From IMG/VR virus record IMGVR_UViG_3300013232_000195: a stretch of DNA of 64,000 nucleotides; one strand, given 5' to 3'. The notes under the pieces were generated by a model that had not been told where the DNA came from, made no database searches, and saw nothing but the letters and a program-made list of their open reading frames with translations. This DNA comes from an uncultured virus (IMG/VR IMGVR_UViG_3300013232_000195). Taxonomy: Duplodnaviria; Heunggongvirae; Uroviricota; Caudoviricetes. Of the stretch, positions 40,342 through 50,790 are shown piece by piece. Each line of letters opens with the position of its first letter. Within the stretch, counting starts at the first letter, position 1. The translations under genes were made by a program, and so were the position numbers.

Positions 40342-41685
40342 ATGATACGAGCGATTCACAAGCCCACGGGCAAGACGCTACTCACGTCTTCTGCTAATTC
40401 CCCAGAATCATCGTTTAGGAAGACCGTAGAAGCCGCGTTTCCTTCACTCTGTCCTTCCGAGATAGAGATCATAGGGAAGTCCTCAAAATCAGCCTTGGGT
40501 CCGCCACGCCAAGATGCCAAACCAGTCTCAAAAGAAGTGGCATGGCGCGGGAGTTTCACGGATTGTGGTGGCTATGCCAACATGAACCGAGAGATCGCCA
40601 TGCGGCTATTCTTGCATCATGGCTTTAAGGTCAAGGTCGACATCTTGCCAACCGCCCCGCAAGTCGATCAGACCACCAGAAACGTTTTGAAGGCCTTGGA
40701 ATCCACCAAGCTGGACTCTGAACAGAACGCTCCGCTTGTCATTGGTTTCACCCCGATGTCCGTGGCCAAGAGTTCAAGGAAGGTTGTGTTCTTCACAATG
40801 ATGGAGACACAAGGCCTTCACCAAGAGTTCATGAAGCGATGTAATGAGGCCTCCGAAATATGGGTTCCGTGCAAGTTCTACAAGGACGTCTTTTCAGCCG
40901 CCGGGGTTGTCAAACCGATCTCCGTGATCCCGCTTGGGGTTAACCAGCACATTTACGTCCCCGGGTCGCGTGAGCCATTCCTGAAGTATGAGGAATTCCC
41001 GTCTGGCAAGATCACCAATAAGTTGCCCAAGGACTGTTTCAAGTTCATGTCGTTGTTTGGGTGGTCGTACAGGAAGGGGCCAGATGTCCTTTGCCGTTCG
41101 TTCCTAGAGGAGTTCGATGGTAATGATGACGTGGCCTTGGTCATCTACTCGCGCTACATGATGTCTAGCGCAGAACAACACAAGGCTTACGTACGCAAGG
41201 AGATACGTCAATACTACTCCGAGTGCAAGAAGACTAATCCAGCTAGGATTATTTACTGTGGAGAAGAAGTTCCGATCGCCGATCTGCCAGGCTGCTATTG
41301 TGCTAACGACTGCTTCGTGTTCTGCTCACGCGGCGAGGGGTTCGGGTTGCCACTCATTGAGGCTGGAGCGTGTGGTTTGCCAGTGATTTCCGCGTACCAT
41401 ACGAGCATGACTGAGTTTCTTGACGACGAGGTTTCATTTCTCGTAAGACCAAAGCAAATCGCGGCTGCAAACGACAAACTCTGCTGGATTTCCGAGTATT
41501 ATAGGGATCAGGAGTTCGCCGTTTTGGGCGACGAAGAGGTCAAGGAGTTTTCTCGTTTGATGCGTACCGTGAAGGATGACGTGGTTGGAGCCAGCCAGAG
41601 GGCTGGAGCCTTCAAGGAGCGCATTTTGAGAGAGTATACTTGGGACCGTTGCGCACAAAGAGTTGCGGATAGGTTGGCTCCATGA
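40342..41685 (+). CDS. GT4 glycosyltransferase
   Basis: GGYANMNRE; WSYRKGPDVL; CSRGEGFGLPLIEAGACGLPVI. Confidence 0.9.
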   Translation: MIRAIHKPTGKTLLTSSANSPESSFRKTVEAAFPSLCPSEIEIIGKSSKSALGPPRQDAKPVSKEVAWRGSFTDCGGYANMNREIAMRLFLHHGFKVKVDILPTAPQVDQTTRNVLKALESTKLDSEQNAPLVIGFTPMSVAKSSRKVVFFTMMETQGLHQEFMKRCNEASEIWVPCKFYKDVFSAAGVVKPISVIPLGVNQHIYVPGSREPFLKYEEFPSGKITNKLPKDCFKFMSLFGWSYRKGPDVLCRSFLEEFDGNDDVALVIYSRYMMSSAEQHKAYVRKEIRQYYSECKKTNPARIIYCGEEVPIADLPGCYCANDCFVFCSRGEGFGLPLIEAGACGLPVISAYHTSMTEFLDDEVSFLVRPKQIAAANDKLCWISEYYRDQEFAVLGDEEVKEFSRLMRTVKDDVVGASQRAGAFKERILREYTWDRCAQRVADRLAP

Positions 41686-44600
41686 GCTTATCGGTGTTCT
41701 ACATCGTCAGGAACGAAGAGGCCTTAATTGGTCAGTCCATTGAGTCTATATTGCCAATTGCCAGCGAAATCGTTGTTGTTGACACTGGATCCGTTGACAA
41801 GACCGTCCAGATATGTTCCAGGTTCCCAAAGACCACCGTTCATAGCTATCCATGGACCGAGGACTATTCTCAGGCTAGGAACTATGCCATTCGCATGTGC
41901 AAGGGGCCATGGATATTCTATCTTGATGCCGACGAGAGGATAGACGAGAAGACTCGTTCAGCAATCAGGTCCATTACTTCGTCTGGATCAGGAGTTAGTT
42001 TCCAGTCTGACGGAGCACGCTCGAGCCAATCGTATGGCGCTCATTTAAGGATCGTCGACCATGTTGGAAAATGGGATGCGACACCAGAAAGCAGGCCATT
42101 CTTTGATAGTCCGCAAGTGAGATTGTTCAAGAAAGACGAACGGGTGTTCTTCTCGGGGCGTGTACTAGAGAGCGTTGCTGGTTCGCTATACCGAGCCAAT
42201 CTGCCGACGAGCTTGCTAGACGCCGAGATCCATCATTTCCTCTGGAAGGGCAAGTCGGACGAGTATACGGCTGGAAAGCTCAGGTATTACAACAAGTTAG
42301 GGGCGAACTTCTCGCTTAACGGAGTTCGTTCCAGCAAGGAAGTTAAAATGGTAGAACCAGACAAGCCACTGACAGATACCGCGCTCATCGTGACTGCCTT
42401 TGGAGCATCCGATTACACGCGTCAAGCGGTGGCATCGGCCACGTCAAATGCCCAGTCTCCATACTCCTTGTATCTGGTCGACAATGGCTCGAAGGACGAT
42501 ACGTTTGATTACTTTAGCCAGGTCAAGGACGCAAAGGTCATACGCCTATCCGAGAACGAAGGAGTCTCGAAGGGCAAGAATGCGGGGTTCCAAGAGGCGC
42601 TTAAGAACGACTCGTTGCGGTACTTGGTGTTCTTGGATAACGATGTCATCATGCCAGATCGTTGGCTTGCCAAGATGCGCGAGGTCATGGATTTGTATCC
42701 GGAAGTGGGAATCCTTTCTCCAGTCAGTAGGCTGTCTCTGATTCGTAGCCCACAACCAGACTCCGTCGCCAAGTACCTCATGCGCGTGAGCCTTTCTGAA
42801 CTGAACAATGTCGGATTCGGAGATACTGGAGCATATCGTTCCTTTGATGATGTCGAGGGAACGTGCATGATGATAAGGGCGTCTGTGGCCAAGAAGGTCG
42901 GGATGTTTGACGAGTCTTTCGGGAAATACGGATGGGAAGACACGGACTATTGCTTCAGGGTGAGAAGAGAGGGATACCAAGTCGGCAAGGCGATGAAGGT
43001 ATTCTTCGAGCACTTCGGCGGGGCAAGCAAGAAGGCCGCTGGAGGAGACTGGCATTCCGTAGCTACGACGTCGAGGATCAAGTTTGAGAACAAGTGGAAG
43101 GCTATGGCGTCCTCCAATCGCGCCCCAGTCGTACCAATTTCCTCTCGCCTTGGCGAACCAATGCCAACCTTGGACATGGTGGGAAAGAAAGTCAGCATTA
43201 TTGTCATAGCTCACAACAGGCTGGACATGACGAAGGACTGCCTCTCCTCTATTAGGTCTTGTACGAAGAACTACGAGTTGATTTTCGTTGACAATGGATC
43301 CACGGATGGAACTCAAGAATGGGTCAAGTTAAACTTTCCAGAGGCGAAGCTTATCCTCAACGAGAAGAATCAAGGGATTCCGAAGGCTAGAAACCAAGGA
43401 ATACGCGAGTCCACTGGCGATCTGATCGTGATGATCGACAACGATTGTGTCGTTAACCAAGGCTGGCTTGAGGACTTGTCAGCGCCAATCAAGAAGGGCG
43501 CTTCCGTGACTGGAATAGAGGCATGGTTCGTGGGTCATGACCACATGCCCACGGCCAAGGCGTTCTCGTTCGCGAGTAACTTCGGATACCTTGGTGGCGC
43601 CTGCTGCATGTTCAAGCGCGAGGTCTTTGAGGACGTTGGTCTGCTAGACGAGGGATTCAGCCCAGCCTATTACGAAGATGTCGACATATGCATGCGAGCC
43701 AAGAAGGTCGGACACATCCTCGTTCATGTTCCAACCCCAAAGATAAAGCATCGAGAACATGCCACGCTGATCGGGGCACAGAAGGACTTCCACTACCAGC
43801 ATGCGTTGAACCAGTCTGGGGCGAGGTATGCCGCTGTGATGAATGGGTCCCTCAAGCCCGAATACGAGAGGCTTACAAAGCGACAGAAGAAACTGAGGGT
43901 TCTGTATCTCGGAATGCAATGGGACTATGGCGCAAGGGAACGCGGAACGTCGTTCGAGCATGATAACTTCTACCCAGCGCTCTTGTCTTGGGATAAGGTT
44001 GCCGAGCTTCGACACTTCGACTTTACAGAGATGGCCAATAATCACGGCGTGGCGAAGATGTCTGAGGCCCTTAGAAAGGCCGTCGACGAGTTCCAGCCAG
44101 ACGCTTTGTTCTCCGTGTTCTTCGAGCCGAACCATGATCCGACGAGGTCGGTGATGAAGAACATTATCGACACGACCCCGTGCAAGACCATAAACTGGTT
44201 CTGCGACTCTCATTACAGGTATGACAATTTTGACTCTCAATGGGCTCCGCATTTGAGCTTCTGCGTGACGACCAGTGAGGTAGCCTACAAGCGATACAAG
44301 AGCGATGGATTCGGGGACAAGGTCATCAAGAGCCAGTGGTTTGCCTCTCCTACCTATAGGAAGATTGAGGGAGCCGTTAAGGATGTTCCAGTCAGCTTCG
44401 TTGGACAGCCACACGGAGATCGTCGCCATGTGATCACGTTCCTTACAACACAAGGAATTAGTTGTCAGTGTTATGGACATGGATGGGGAAAGCGGCTTCT
44501 ATTCACCGAAATGGTCGACATGTTCAACAAGTCAAAAGTGAACTTGAACTTGAACAATGCGGCTGATGCTAGGTACAAACAGATCAAGGGTAGGAACTTC

Positions 44601-44846
44601 GAGGTTCCAGCATGTGGTGGATTCCTGCTGACAGGAACCTCTGAAAATCTATCCGAGTACTACGAGTTCGGAAAGGAAATCGTTACGTATGAAAGCGTGA
44701 GTGACCTGTCGGAAAAGATCAAGTACTACCTTCAGCACGATGCCGAGCGCGAGGCTATCGCGCTGGCGGGTTACAATCGGACGATGCGAGAGCATACGTC
44801 TTCACATAGGCTTGATGCAATCTTCACCAAGGCGGGTTTGCTATGA
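41682..44846 (+). CDS. Four-domain glycosyltransferase: three GT2 domains plus a C-terminal CgeB-like GT-B domain
   Basis: VVVDTGSVD...ARN...YLDADE; LVDNGSKD...FLDNDV...GWEDTD; FVDNGSTD...IDNDC...YYEDVD; C-terminal QIKGRNFEVPACGGFLL. Confidence 0.85.
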   Translation: MSLSVFYIVRNEEALIGQSIESILPIASEIVVVDTGSVDKTVQICSRFPKTTVHSYPWTEDYSQARNYAIRMCKGPWIFYLDADERIDEKTRSAIRSITSSGSGVSFQSDGARSSQSYGAHLRIVDHVGKWDATPESRPFFDSPQVRLFKKDERVFFSGRVLESVAGSLYRANLPTSLLDAEIHHFLWKGKSDEYTAGKLRYYNKLGANFSLNGVRSSKEVKMVEPDKPLTDTALIVTAFGASDYTRQAVASATSNAQSPYSLYLVDNGSKDDTFDYFSQVKDAKVIRLSENEGVSKGKNAGFQEALKNDSLRYLVFLDNDVIMPDRWLAKMREVMDLYPEVGILSPVSRLSLIRSPQPDSVAKYLMRVSLSELNNVGFGDTGAYRSFDDVEGTCMMIRASVAKKVGMFDESFGKYGWEDTDYCFRVRREGYQVGKAMKVFFEHFGGASKKAAGGDWHSVATTSRIKFENKWKAMASSNRAPVVPISSRLGEPMPTLDMVGKKVSIIVIAHNRLDMTKDCLSSIRSCTKNYELIFVDNGSTDGTQEWVKLNFPEAKLILNEKNQGIPKARNQGIRESTGDLIVMIDNDCVVNQGWLEDLSAPIKKGASVTGIEAWFVGHDHMPTAKAFSFASNFGYLGGACCMFKREVFEDVGLLDEGFSPAYYEDVDICMRAKKVGHILVHVPTPKIKHREHATLIGAQKDFHYQHALNQSGARYAAVMNGSLKPEYERLTKRQKKLRVLYLGMQWDYGARERGTSFEHDNFYPALLSWDKVAELRHFDFTEMANNHGVAKMSEALRKAVDEFQPDALFSVFFEPNHDPTRSVMKNIIDTTPCKTINWFCDSHYRYDNFDSQWAPHLSFCVTTSEVAYKRYKSDGFGDKVIKSQWFASPTYRKIEGAVKDVPVSFVGQPHGDRRHVITFLTTQGISCQCYGHGWGKRLLFTEMVDMFNKSKVNLNLNNAADARYKQIKGRNFEVPACGGFLLTGTSENLSEYYEFGKEIVTYESVSDLSEKIKYYLQHDAEREAIALAGYNRTMREHTSSHRLDAIFTKAGLL

Positions 44847-45436
44847 GCGAAAATAAACGTCTACAAGAGCTGGTCAATCTGTATCCGTGGCCTGACAAGA
44901 AACCAGACTTACTTTTCAATTCTGGTGGATGGTTCCCAGAATGCAACCAGTCTATCTTGTCTGGTTTTTTGAACGGAGAGACAAAACTGGTATTGGAGTT
45001 GGGAGCTTGGATCGGTTTAAGTACCAGGTGGATTGCAGACCATGCCCCAATGGCTACCGTAGTAACGATAGACCACTGGCTTGGTTCTCCTGAAAACGCC
45101 AATGACAAACTGATCCCGATTTTGTATGACCAGTTTGTCTCGAACTGCTGGAATTACAATGGCCGCATTGTTCCAGTCAGGACAAATACGGTCAAGGGCG
45201 TACAAATGGTCAAGGAACTTGGTCTCAAGCCCGATGTGATCTACGTTGATGCGGGACATGACTATGACTCTGCGGTCAGAGACATCAAGATGTGCATGGA
45301 CTTTGGATGCCCTCTTGTCGGAGATGACTTCAACCCGAACTCGTGGCCTGGTGTGGTCAGGGCCGTTTGGGAGATGTCCGTTGATTTCGGACGTGATCTG
45401 ACCGTTAGGGGAAGCGCCTGGTCGATGAAGAGGTAG
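44843..45436 (+). CDS. Methyltransferase (Methyltransf_24-like)
   Basis: VLELGAWIGLST; DVIYVDAGHDY; GDDF. Confidence 0.85.
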   Translation: MSENKRLQELVNLYPWPDKKPDLLFNSGGWFPECNQSILSGFLNGETKLVLELGAWIGLSTRWIADHAPMATVVTIDHWLGSPENANDKLIPILYDQFVSNCWNYNGRIVPVRTNTVKGVQMVKELGLKPDVIYVDAGHDYDSAVRDIKMCMDFGCPLVGDDFNPNSWPGVVRAVWEMSVDFGRDLTVRGSAWSMKR

Positions 45437-45438
45437 CC

Positions 45439-46107
45439 ATGTACAAGTTCTCGGTCATCATGCCAGCGTTTAACAGGGCGCAGTTCCTGCCAAGGGCTGT
45501 AACTAGCGTCTTGAGACAGGACTGCGTCCCGACTGGGACGCTTGAGTTGATCGTCGTGGATGACGGTTCTCAAGACGACACGGCAGCAGTGATGTCTAGG
45601 ATGGTAGACGCAGAGCATACGCAGAGCCTGAAGTACATAAAGGTTCCACATATCGGTGAGCCTGGAACAGTAAGGAACGTCGCTTTGCAGAAGGCGACTG
45701 GAGAGTACGTGGCTTACTGTGACTCGGACGATTACTGGCTACCACATCACTTGGCCACGGCGGAGGCGTTCTTCAAAAGGGACCCAGAACTTGGCATGGT
45801 CGCGAACCATTGGTCCATGGCTCATTTCTGGCTGGAGAATGGGACGATCAAGACGAAGATAATAGTGGCCCCGCATCCGATGTGGGCAGTGAATACGAAC
45901 TGCCGCGTCCACAAGCGTTCTTGCGTCGATAGGGTTGGTTTGTTCAACACGAGCAAATGGGGAGAGGATGCCGACTTCTTCACGAGGATCGAGAATAGTT
46001 TCAAATGCCATAAGACGGGCATCGTCACGTCCGTGAATGGATACATCAGGCAAGGGAATAATCTGACCTTCCAGTTCGACGCTGGAGTTAAGAGGATGTA
46101 CTTCTAG
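45439..46107 (+). CDS. GT2 glycosyltransferase
   Basis: SVIMPAFNR, IVVDDGSQD, YCDSDD, GEDADF. Confidence 0.9.
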   Translation: MYKFSVIMPAFNRAQFLPRAVTSVLRQDCVPTGTLELIVVDDGSQDDTAAVMSRMVDAEHTQSLKYIKVPHIGEPGTVRNVALQKATGEYVAYCDSDDYWLPHHLATAEAFFKRDPELGMVANHWSMAHFWLENGTIKTKIIVAPHPMWAVNTNCRVHKRSCVDRVGLFNTSKWGEDADFFTRIENSFKCHKTGIVTSVNGYIRQGNNLTFQFDAGVKRMYF

Positions 46108-46113
46108 GAGCCA

Positions 46114-46845
46114 GTGATGCCAGCGATAAGCGTCTTGATGCCAGTTTGGAATGGATGTAGGAACGGAACCGATGCGTTCTTGAGGATGGCCATTGATTCG
46201 ATCCTCATGCAAACCTATTCGGACCTAGAGTTCGTAATTGTGGACGACGGATCTAGAGATGCGACTCCATCCATTTTGGAGAGTTATAAGGCCAGGGATC
46301 CACGGATCAAGGTAGTCACTTTGCCAGAGAATCGTGGAATCGTCGGAGCCCTAAACATGGGATTGGATCACTGCGAGGGGTGTTTCGTTGCCAGGCAAGA
46401 TGCAGACGACATGTCGACCGTCACTAGGCTTGAGATTGAGAAGGACTTTTTAGATAACAGGCCAGCTACTGTTATGTGTGGGACGGGCATGTACGTCATC
46501 AACTCAGAAGGCAAGCTGATCATGGAGATCAATGATCGTCCATGTTCTTACCCAGTTGTTCGAGAGGCGCTTAAGACGTGCTGCGTGTTCGTCCACGGCT
46601 CAGTCATGTTCAGGAAGTCAGCCGTATTGGACGTCGGAAAGTACTCGGACGACCCCAGATTCAAGCATGCAGAGGACTATGAGTTGTGGGTCAGACTCGC
46701 CAAGGATCATGTTGTAGAGAACATCCCCGAGAAGACACTCTACTACCATCGAGAACATCAGTCGAAGATCGGCAACGTCCACAAGGCCCAGCAAGACGCA
46801 GCATCTCATCTGATCATGACCATTGCGAGGGCGACCATTAAATGA
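46114..46845 (+). CDS. GT2 glycosyltransferase
   Basis: SVLMPVWN, IVDDGSRD, ARQDADD, AEDYELWVR. Confidence 0.9.
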   Translation: MMPAISVLMPVWNGCRNGTDAFLRMAIDSILMQTYSDLEFVIVDDGSRDATPSILESYKARDPRIKVVTLPENRGIVGALNMGLDHCEGCFVARQDADDMSTVTRLEIEKDFLDNRPATVMCGTGMYVINSEGKLIMEINDRPCSYPVVREALKTCCVFVHGSVMFRKSAVLDVGKYSDDPRFKHAEDYELWVRLAKDHVVENIPEKTLYYHREHQSKIGNVHKAQQDAASHLIMTIARATIK

Positions 46846-47681
46846 AGATAACACTTAATTGTACGTGGTCCTTACCATGTAAGAAGATCCTCCCAAGTGG
46901 GGACGAGGTTCTGATCAACACCTATGATCCAGATTCGTCGTATGTCGTCGACATGGGTGGACTGTTTGGAGAGCTTACAAAAACGTACAAAACGAACAAG
47001 CGTGTACTAGCTACTCTCGAACCATCTGGGTATATGAACTATAGCCCATCGCTAATACAAAAGATCGGTGATTTCTATGGTGGTGGGATCCTTTCTTGGC
47101 ACAAGGAGCTAAATGGTTTTCCACAGACAAAGCCGTTCAAGATGGGATCTTCATGGGTGAGTTGGAAAACAGACCCTCATTTTAAGATATTTGGCGTTGG
47201 AGGTATATTCAGTGGGAAGAATGCCTCTGGTTTCTCCGGGTACGTCATGAGGAGCCTGATTGTATCAAAGCAAACAGAGATAAAGACCCCCAGCGTCGTC
47301 TATAACCCTACGAAGGTTTGGAGGGGTGAGGGTCACGATTACCCACAAAAAAGTAAAGAGCCTTCTTTGCGCTATATGTACCACTTCGCTGTTGAAAACT
47401 GCCGAGAGGAAGGGTATTTCTCAGAGAAGCTTTTGGACTGCTTTTTGACGTACAGCATTCCTCTCTACTATGGGGATCCTTTGATCGGACAAGTGTTCTT
47501 GATGGATGGGATAATCCAGATAGACGAGAACAACTTTGTCGACAAAGTAAATTCGCTAACTCCAGAGATGTACAAGTCGAAGATGGAAGTTATGGAAGAG
47601 AATCGAAAGAGGGCCGAGAAGTATTGGCATCTCGAAGATAATATCGTTGAACACGTGAAGACACTTTTAGGGGAAAGATGA
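46842..47681 (+). CDS. GT10 (alpha-1,3-fucosyltransferase-like) glycosyltransferase
   Basis: YMYHFAVENCREEGYFSEKLLDCFLTYSIPLYYG matches the GT10 signature. Confidence 0.8.
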   Translation: MKITLNCTWSLPCKKILPSGDEVLINTYDPDSSYVVDMGGLFGELTKTYKTNKRVLATLEPSGYMNYSPSLIQKIGDFYGGGILSWHKELNGFPQTKPFKMGSSWVSWKTDPHFKIFGVGGIFSGKNASGFSGYVMRSLIVSKQTEIKTPSVVYNPTKVWRGEGHDYPQKSKEPSLRYMYHFAVENCREEGYFSEKLLDCFLTYSIPLYYGDPLIGQVFLMDGIIQIDENNFVDKVNSLTPEMYKSKMEVMEENRKRAEKYWHLEDNIVEHVKTLLGER

Positions 47682-48169
47682 TGCCAGGTACAGTCGAGTT
47701 CTTCAAAAACTACTTGAGTCCAGTTTTCGTGGAGACTGGCTCGCATGTCGGAGAGGGGATCGCGAAGGCCCTGGCTGCAGGGTTCCAGTCAGTTAGGTCG
47801 GTCGAGGCTGGCGACAAGCAATATCAGCATTGCTTGAACAGGTTCAAGAACGAGCCACGTGTCAAGCTATGGAAGGGCGATTCGGCATACGTACTGAAAG
47901 ACATGATCGCCGATTTGACCTCCCCAGTGACGTTCTGGCTGGATGGACACTACAGCGCTGGTGATACATGCAAATGTGAGCATGAGCATCCAATTATGTT
48001 TGAACTTGATCAGATCTCCGCGCACGCAGTGAAGAATCATTTTATACTTATTGACGACTGGAGAGATTACAGAGGCCATGAGGACAAGATACGGATTATC
48101 GCGAACAAAATATGTGATCGCCCGTACTTTAACCAAGTTGGAGACATTTTTACCATCACCCCAGGATAA
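47678..48169 (+). CDS. SAM-dependent methyltransferase-like protein
   Basis: FVETGSHVGEG, SVE, GDS, FWLDGHYS, ILIDD. Confidence 0.7.
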   Translation: MMPGTVEFFKNYLSPVFVETGSHVGEGIAKALAAGFQSVRSVEAGDKQYQHCLNRFKNEPRVKLWKGDSAYVLKDMIADLTSPVTFWLDGHYSAGDTCKCEHEHPIMFELDQISAHAVKNHFILIDDWRDYRGHEDKIRIIANKICDRPYFNQVGDIFTITPG

Positions 48170-48183
48170 GAGCGAGTACAACA

Positions 48184-48972
48184 ATGAATGTCGTTTTCGC
48201 AAAGCCAAAGAGTGACTACCCTTCTTATAGAGACTTTTTTAGGCTTGCAGAGCTGTCTGGTTTTCAAGTTAAAGAGGGAACAATAGAAAGACGGCAAGAT
48301 GAGGTTTACATCAGTATATTTCATTATCATCCTGGTTTCATTGGAAGTGGCGGTAAGGTAATCACATGGTTTCTAGAGAGGCCATTGAGTATAGGCGGAA
48401 GTCAGAATTTCAAAAATTTCATAAAGCAAATCAAGGACGCCCGAGGATCAGATGAGGTTTGGGTGTCTGATATTTCTATGTTTGAACTAGCCAAAGACGT
48501 TTGCAGATTTGTACCAGTAGGAAGTCATAGTGGCCTCTCGCCCTTGTTTAGTACTCGAGAATATGATGTCGCAGACATCTGCTTCAGGCACGGCAGGAGA
48601 GCCTTCATATCGGGTTTGCGGTGTAGGGTAGCTCCAGCTTGTTTTCCTCCCGAGCGAGACTCGGTTTTGTCTCGTTCCGCTTTCATGTTGAACGTACATC
48701 AGGATGACGATAATTATTTCGAACCACTGAGGTTTTGCATAGCGATCTCGTCTGGGCTACCAATCATTACGGAGACATGTTCTAACCCATTCCCGTACGA
48801 AGGGAAGTTTCTTATCCAGAGCGAATACAAGGACATCAGTTCGACAATTTATAGGGTCATCGCTGAGGACTACGAGACACACAAGAAAAACGCAAACGAA
48901 ATGAGGAAGATGATACTTTCGAATTACTGCTTTAGGGACTGCGTAACTAAAGCCATAGGAGACAAACAATGA
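48184..48972 (+). CDS. Glycosyltransferase-like (GT-B) protein
   Basis: LNVHQD...FEPLRF..A...GLPIITE resembles CgeB-like GT C-termini. Confidence 0.55.
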   Translation: MNVVFAKPKSDYPSYRDFFRLAELSGFQVKEGTIERRQDEVYISIFHYHPGFIGSGGKVITWFLERPLSIGGSQNFKNFIKQIKDARGSDEVWVSDISMFELAKDVCRFVPVGSHSGLSPLFSTREYDVADICFRHGRRAFISGLRCRVAPACFPPERDSVLSRSAFMLNVHQDDDNYFEPLRFCIAISSGLPIITETCSNPFPYEGKFLIQSEYKDISSTIYRVIAEDYETHKKNANEMRKMILSNYCFRDCVTKAIGDKQ

Positions 48973-49718
48973 TAATCGCTTTTTATGCCTTACACTATGG
49001 GTCAGACTACCTTGGCTGGTCAATAAAGAGTATCTATGACTTCGTAGACAAAGTGTATATTTTATACACTGAGAAGCCGTCTTACGGACAGACGTCTGCA
49101 TTGAAAAATCCAGACGATAAGCAGAAATTGGTATGCTCAGCAAACCTATTTGGTGACCCCAAGGGCAAGATCAAATGGATTGATGGGTATTGGAGTAATG
49201 AGTCAGAGCATAGAAAACATATCATACAAGCAACAGCGCAAGACAACCCAACCATGATTTTGACGGTTGACTCAGACGAAATTTGGTCCCTTGAGCTTCT
49301 CGAAAAAAGCTTTAAGGAGGCCGACGCATCAAACAACAACCAGTGTCGAATACGGATGCTTACCTTGTGGCGCTCGTTCTCTTGGCATTGCCTTGACGAA
49401 ATGTGGCCAATTAGGTTTACATTTCCGAAAAAGAACGGAGGAGGCTGTAACGGAGTTTGCAGAGGTGAGAACGAAAGAGTACTGCACCTAGGTTACGCCA
49501 GGGACCTTGAATCCGTCAGGTACAAAGTGTCCATTCATGGTCACAAGGGGGAATGGAGGCAAGATTGGCTTAGTCGTTTTGAAAACTGGCCGTCATCAGG
49601 AAATGAAGATCTTCATCCCGTAGAAAGAAACGCCTGGACAGCAACTCCATACGATAAAACGAAGATGCCTACATTCATGAGAAGTCATCCGTATTATAAT
49701 CTAGATATCATTGTTTAA
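48969..49718 (+). CDS. GT-A fold glycosyltransferase-like protein
   Basis: SIKSIYDFVDKVYI, E..HR, ILTVDSDEIW, HLGY. Confidence 0.65.
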   Translation: MIIAFYALHYGSDYLGWSIKSIYDFVDKVYILYTEKPSYGQTSALKNPDDKQKLVCSANLFGDPKGKIKWIDGYWSNESEHRKHIIQATAQDNPTMILTVDSDEIWSLELLEKSFKEADASNNNQCRIRMLTLWRSFSWHCLDEMWPIRFTFPKKNGGGCNGVCRGENERVLHLGYARDLESVRYKVSIHGHKGEWRQDWLSRFENWPSSGNEDLHPVERNAWTATPYDKTKMPTFMRSHPYYNLDIIV

Positions 49719-49729
49719 GGAGGCATGAC

Positions 49730-50245
49730 ATGCCATTGGAAATGGGTAGACACAGTTATGATTCGCCTAGACTCATGGGGGTAGCAAACCTAGTTAAAGT
49801 AGGAAATTTTACCTCTATCGCTAGTGGTGTTGTGATTGACTGTGGGTTTCAGCACAGAACAGAATTCGTAAGTGTGTACCCGTTTTCTTGTAAGTTCCCT
49901 ACCCGTTTCGGATCGATCCCTGGATATCCGTTTACCAAGGGTGACGTTTACATTGGTAACGATGTGTGGATTGGACAAGACGTTACGGTGATGTCTGGCT
50001 TGAGTATAGGTGATGGTAGCGTTGTAGGAACGGGGGCGGTCGTTACAAAAAGTATTCCGCCGTATTCCATAGCCGTTGGGGTACCAGCCAGACCTGTGAA
50101 GCTTCGTTTCCGAGAAGAACTAGTGAAAAAACTACTGGACATAAAGTGGTGGGAATGGCCAGATGAAAAGGTGTTCCAAGAAGTTGGATTGTTGATGTCT
50201 GGAAGGATTGATGAATTTGTTCAAAGACACTGGAGGACTGTATGA
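49730..50245 (+). CDS. Hexapeptide-repeat O-acetyltransferase (CatB/Vat-like fold), probably sugar-modifying
   Basis: VGNFTSIA, IGNDVWIG, IGDGSVVGTGAVVTKSIPPY, GVPA, WWEW. Confidence 0.85.
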   Translation: MPLEMGRHSYDSPRLMGVANLVKVGNFTSIASGVVIDCGFQHRTEFVSVYPFSCKFPTRFGSIPGYPFTKGDVYIGNDVWIGQDVTVMSGLSIGDGSVVGTGAVVTKSIPPYSIAVGVPARPVKLRFREELVKKLLDIKWWEWPDEKVFQEVGLLMSGRIDEFVQRHWRTV

Positions 50246-50790
50246 TTCCTGATGTTCAAGGAAAAGTGTGCGCCACAGGAGATCACTTCCTGGATTCTTT
50301 ATTTGATCAGGACCCGACGTCAGACTACTATCGATACATTTTTGAGCTTTTGAACTTCCATCGTGGATCAGACACTCTTTTTGTGGAGCTAGGCGTGTTT
50401 GCTGGACGATGTACAGCACATATAGCGTCTGCTAATCCACAAGGAAAAGTCCTCGCGGTAGACGTCGAGCCGAAGAAAGAATTCTACACCATACTTGAAA
50501 AATATGGGAACATTTCCTTTGAAAAAGGAAGAAGTGATTCGGAGGAGATACTAAACAAGGTTCTTGATAACTCTGTCGACTTCTGTCTTTTTGATACGGT
50601 TCACGAATACGATGTGGTGAAAAAAGAGACAGAGCTTTGGCTACCAAAGATAAAAGTTGGCGGCTTCATGATGTACGACGACATCACTCTGAATGATGGG
50701 ATGAAGAAATTCTGGGTTGAGTTGGATCAACCAAAGAAGCAGTTCCCCACTCTCCACTGGACTGGCTTTGGAATAGCTGAAAAGAAATGA
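50242..50790 (+). CDS. Methyltransferase (Methyltransf_24-like)
   Basis: VELGVFAGRCT; DFCLFDTVHEY; GGFMMYDD. Confidence 0.8.
   Translation: MIPDVQGKVCATGDHFLDSLFDQDPTSDYYRYIFELLNFHRGSDTLFVELGVFAGRCTAHIASANPQGKVLAVDVEPKKEFYTILEKYGNISFEKGRSDSEEILNKVLDNSVDFCLFDTVHEYDVVKKETELWLPKIKVGGFMMYDDITLNDGMKKFWVELDQPKKQFPTLHWTGFGIAEKK

Noticed and set aside
49730..50245. Chloramphenicol/streptogramin resistance gene (catB/vat)
   Set aside because: The fold is shared with sugar O-acetyltransferases, and the gene sits within a glycan operon.
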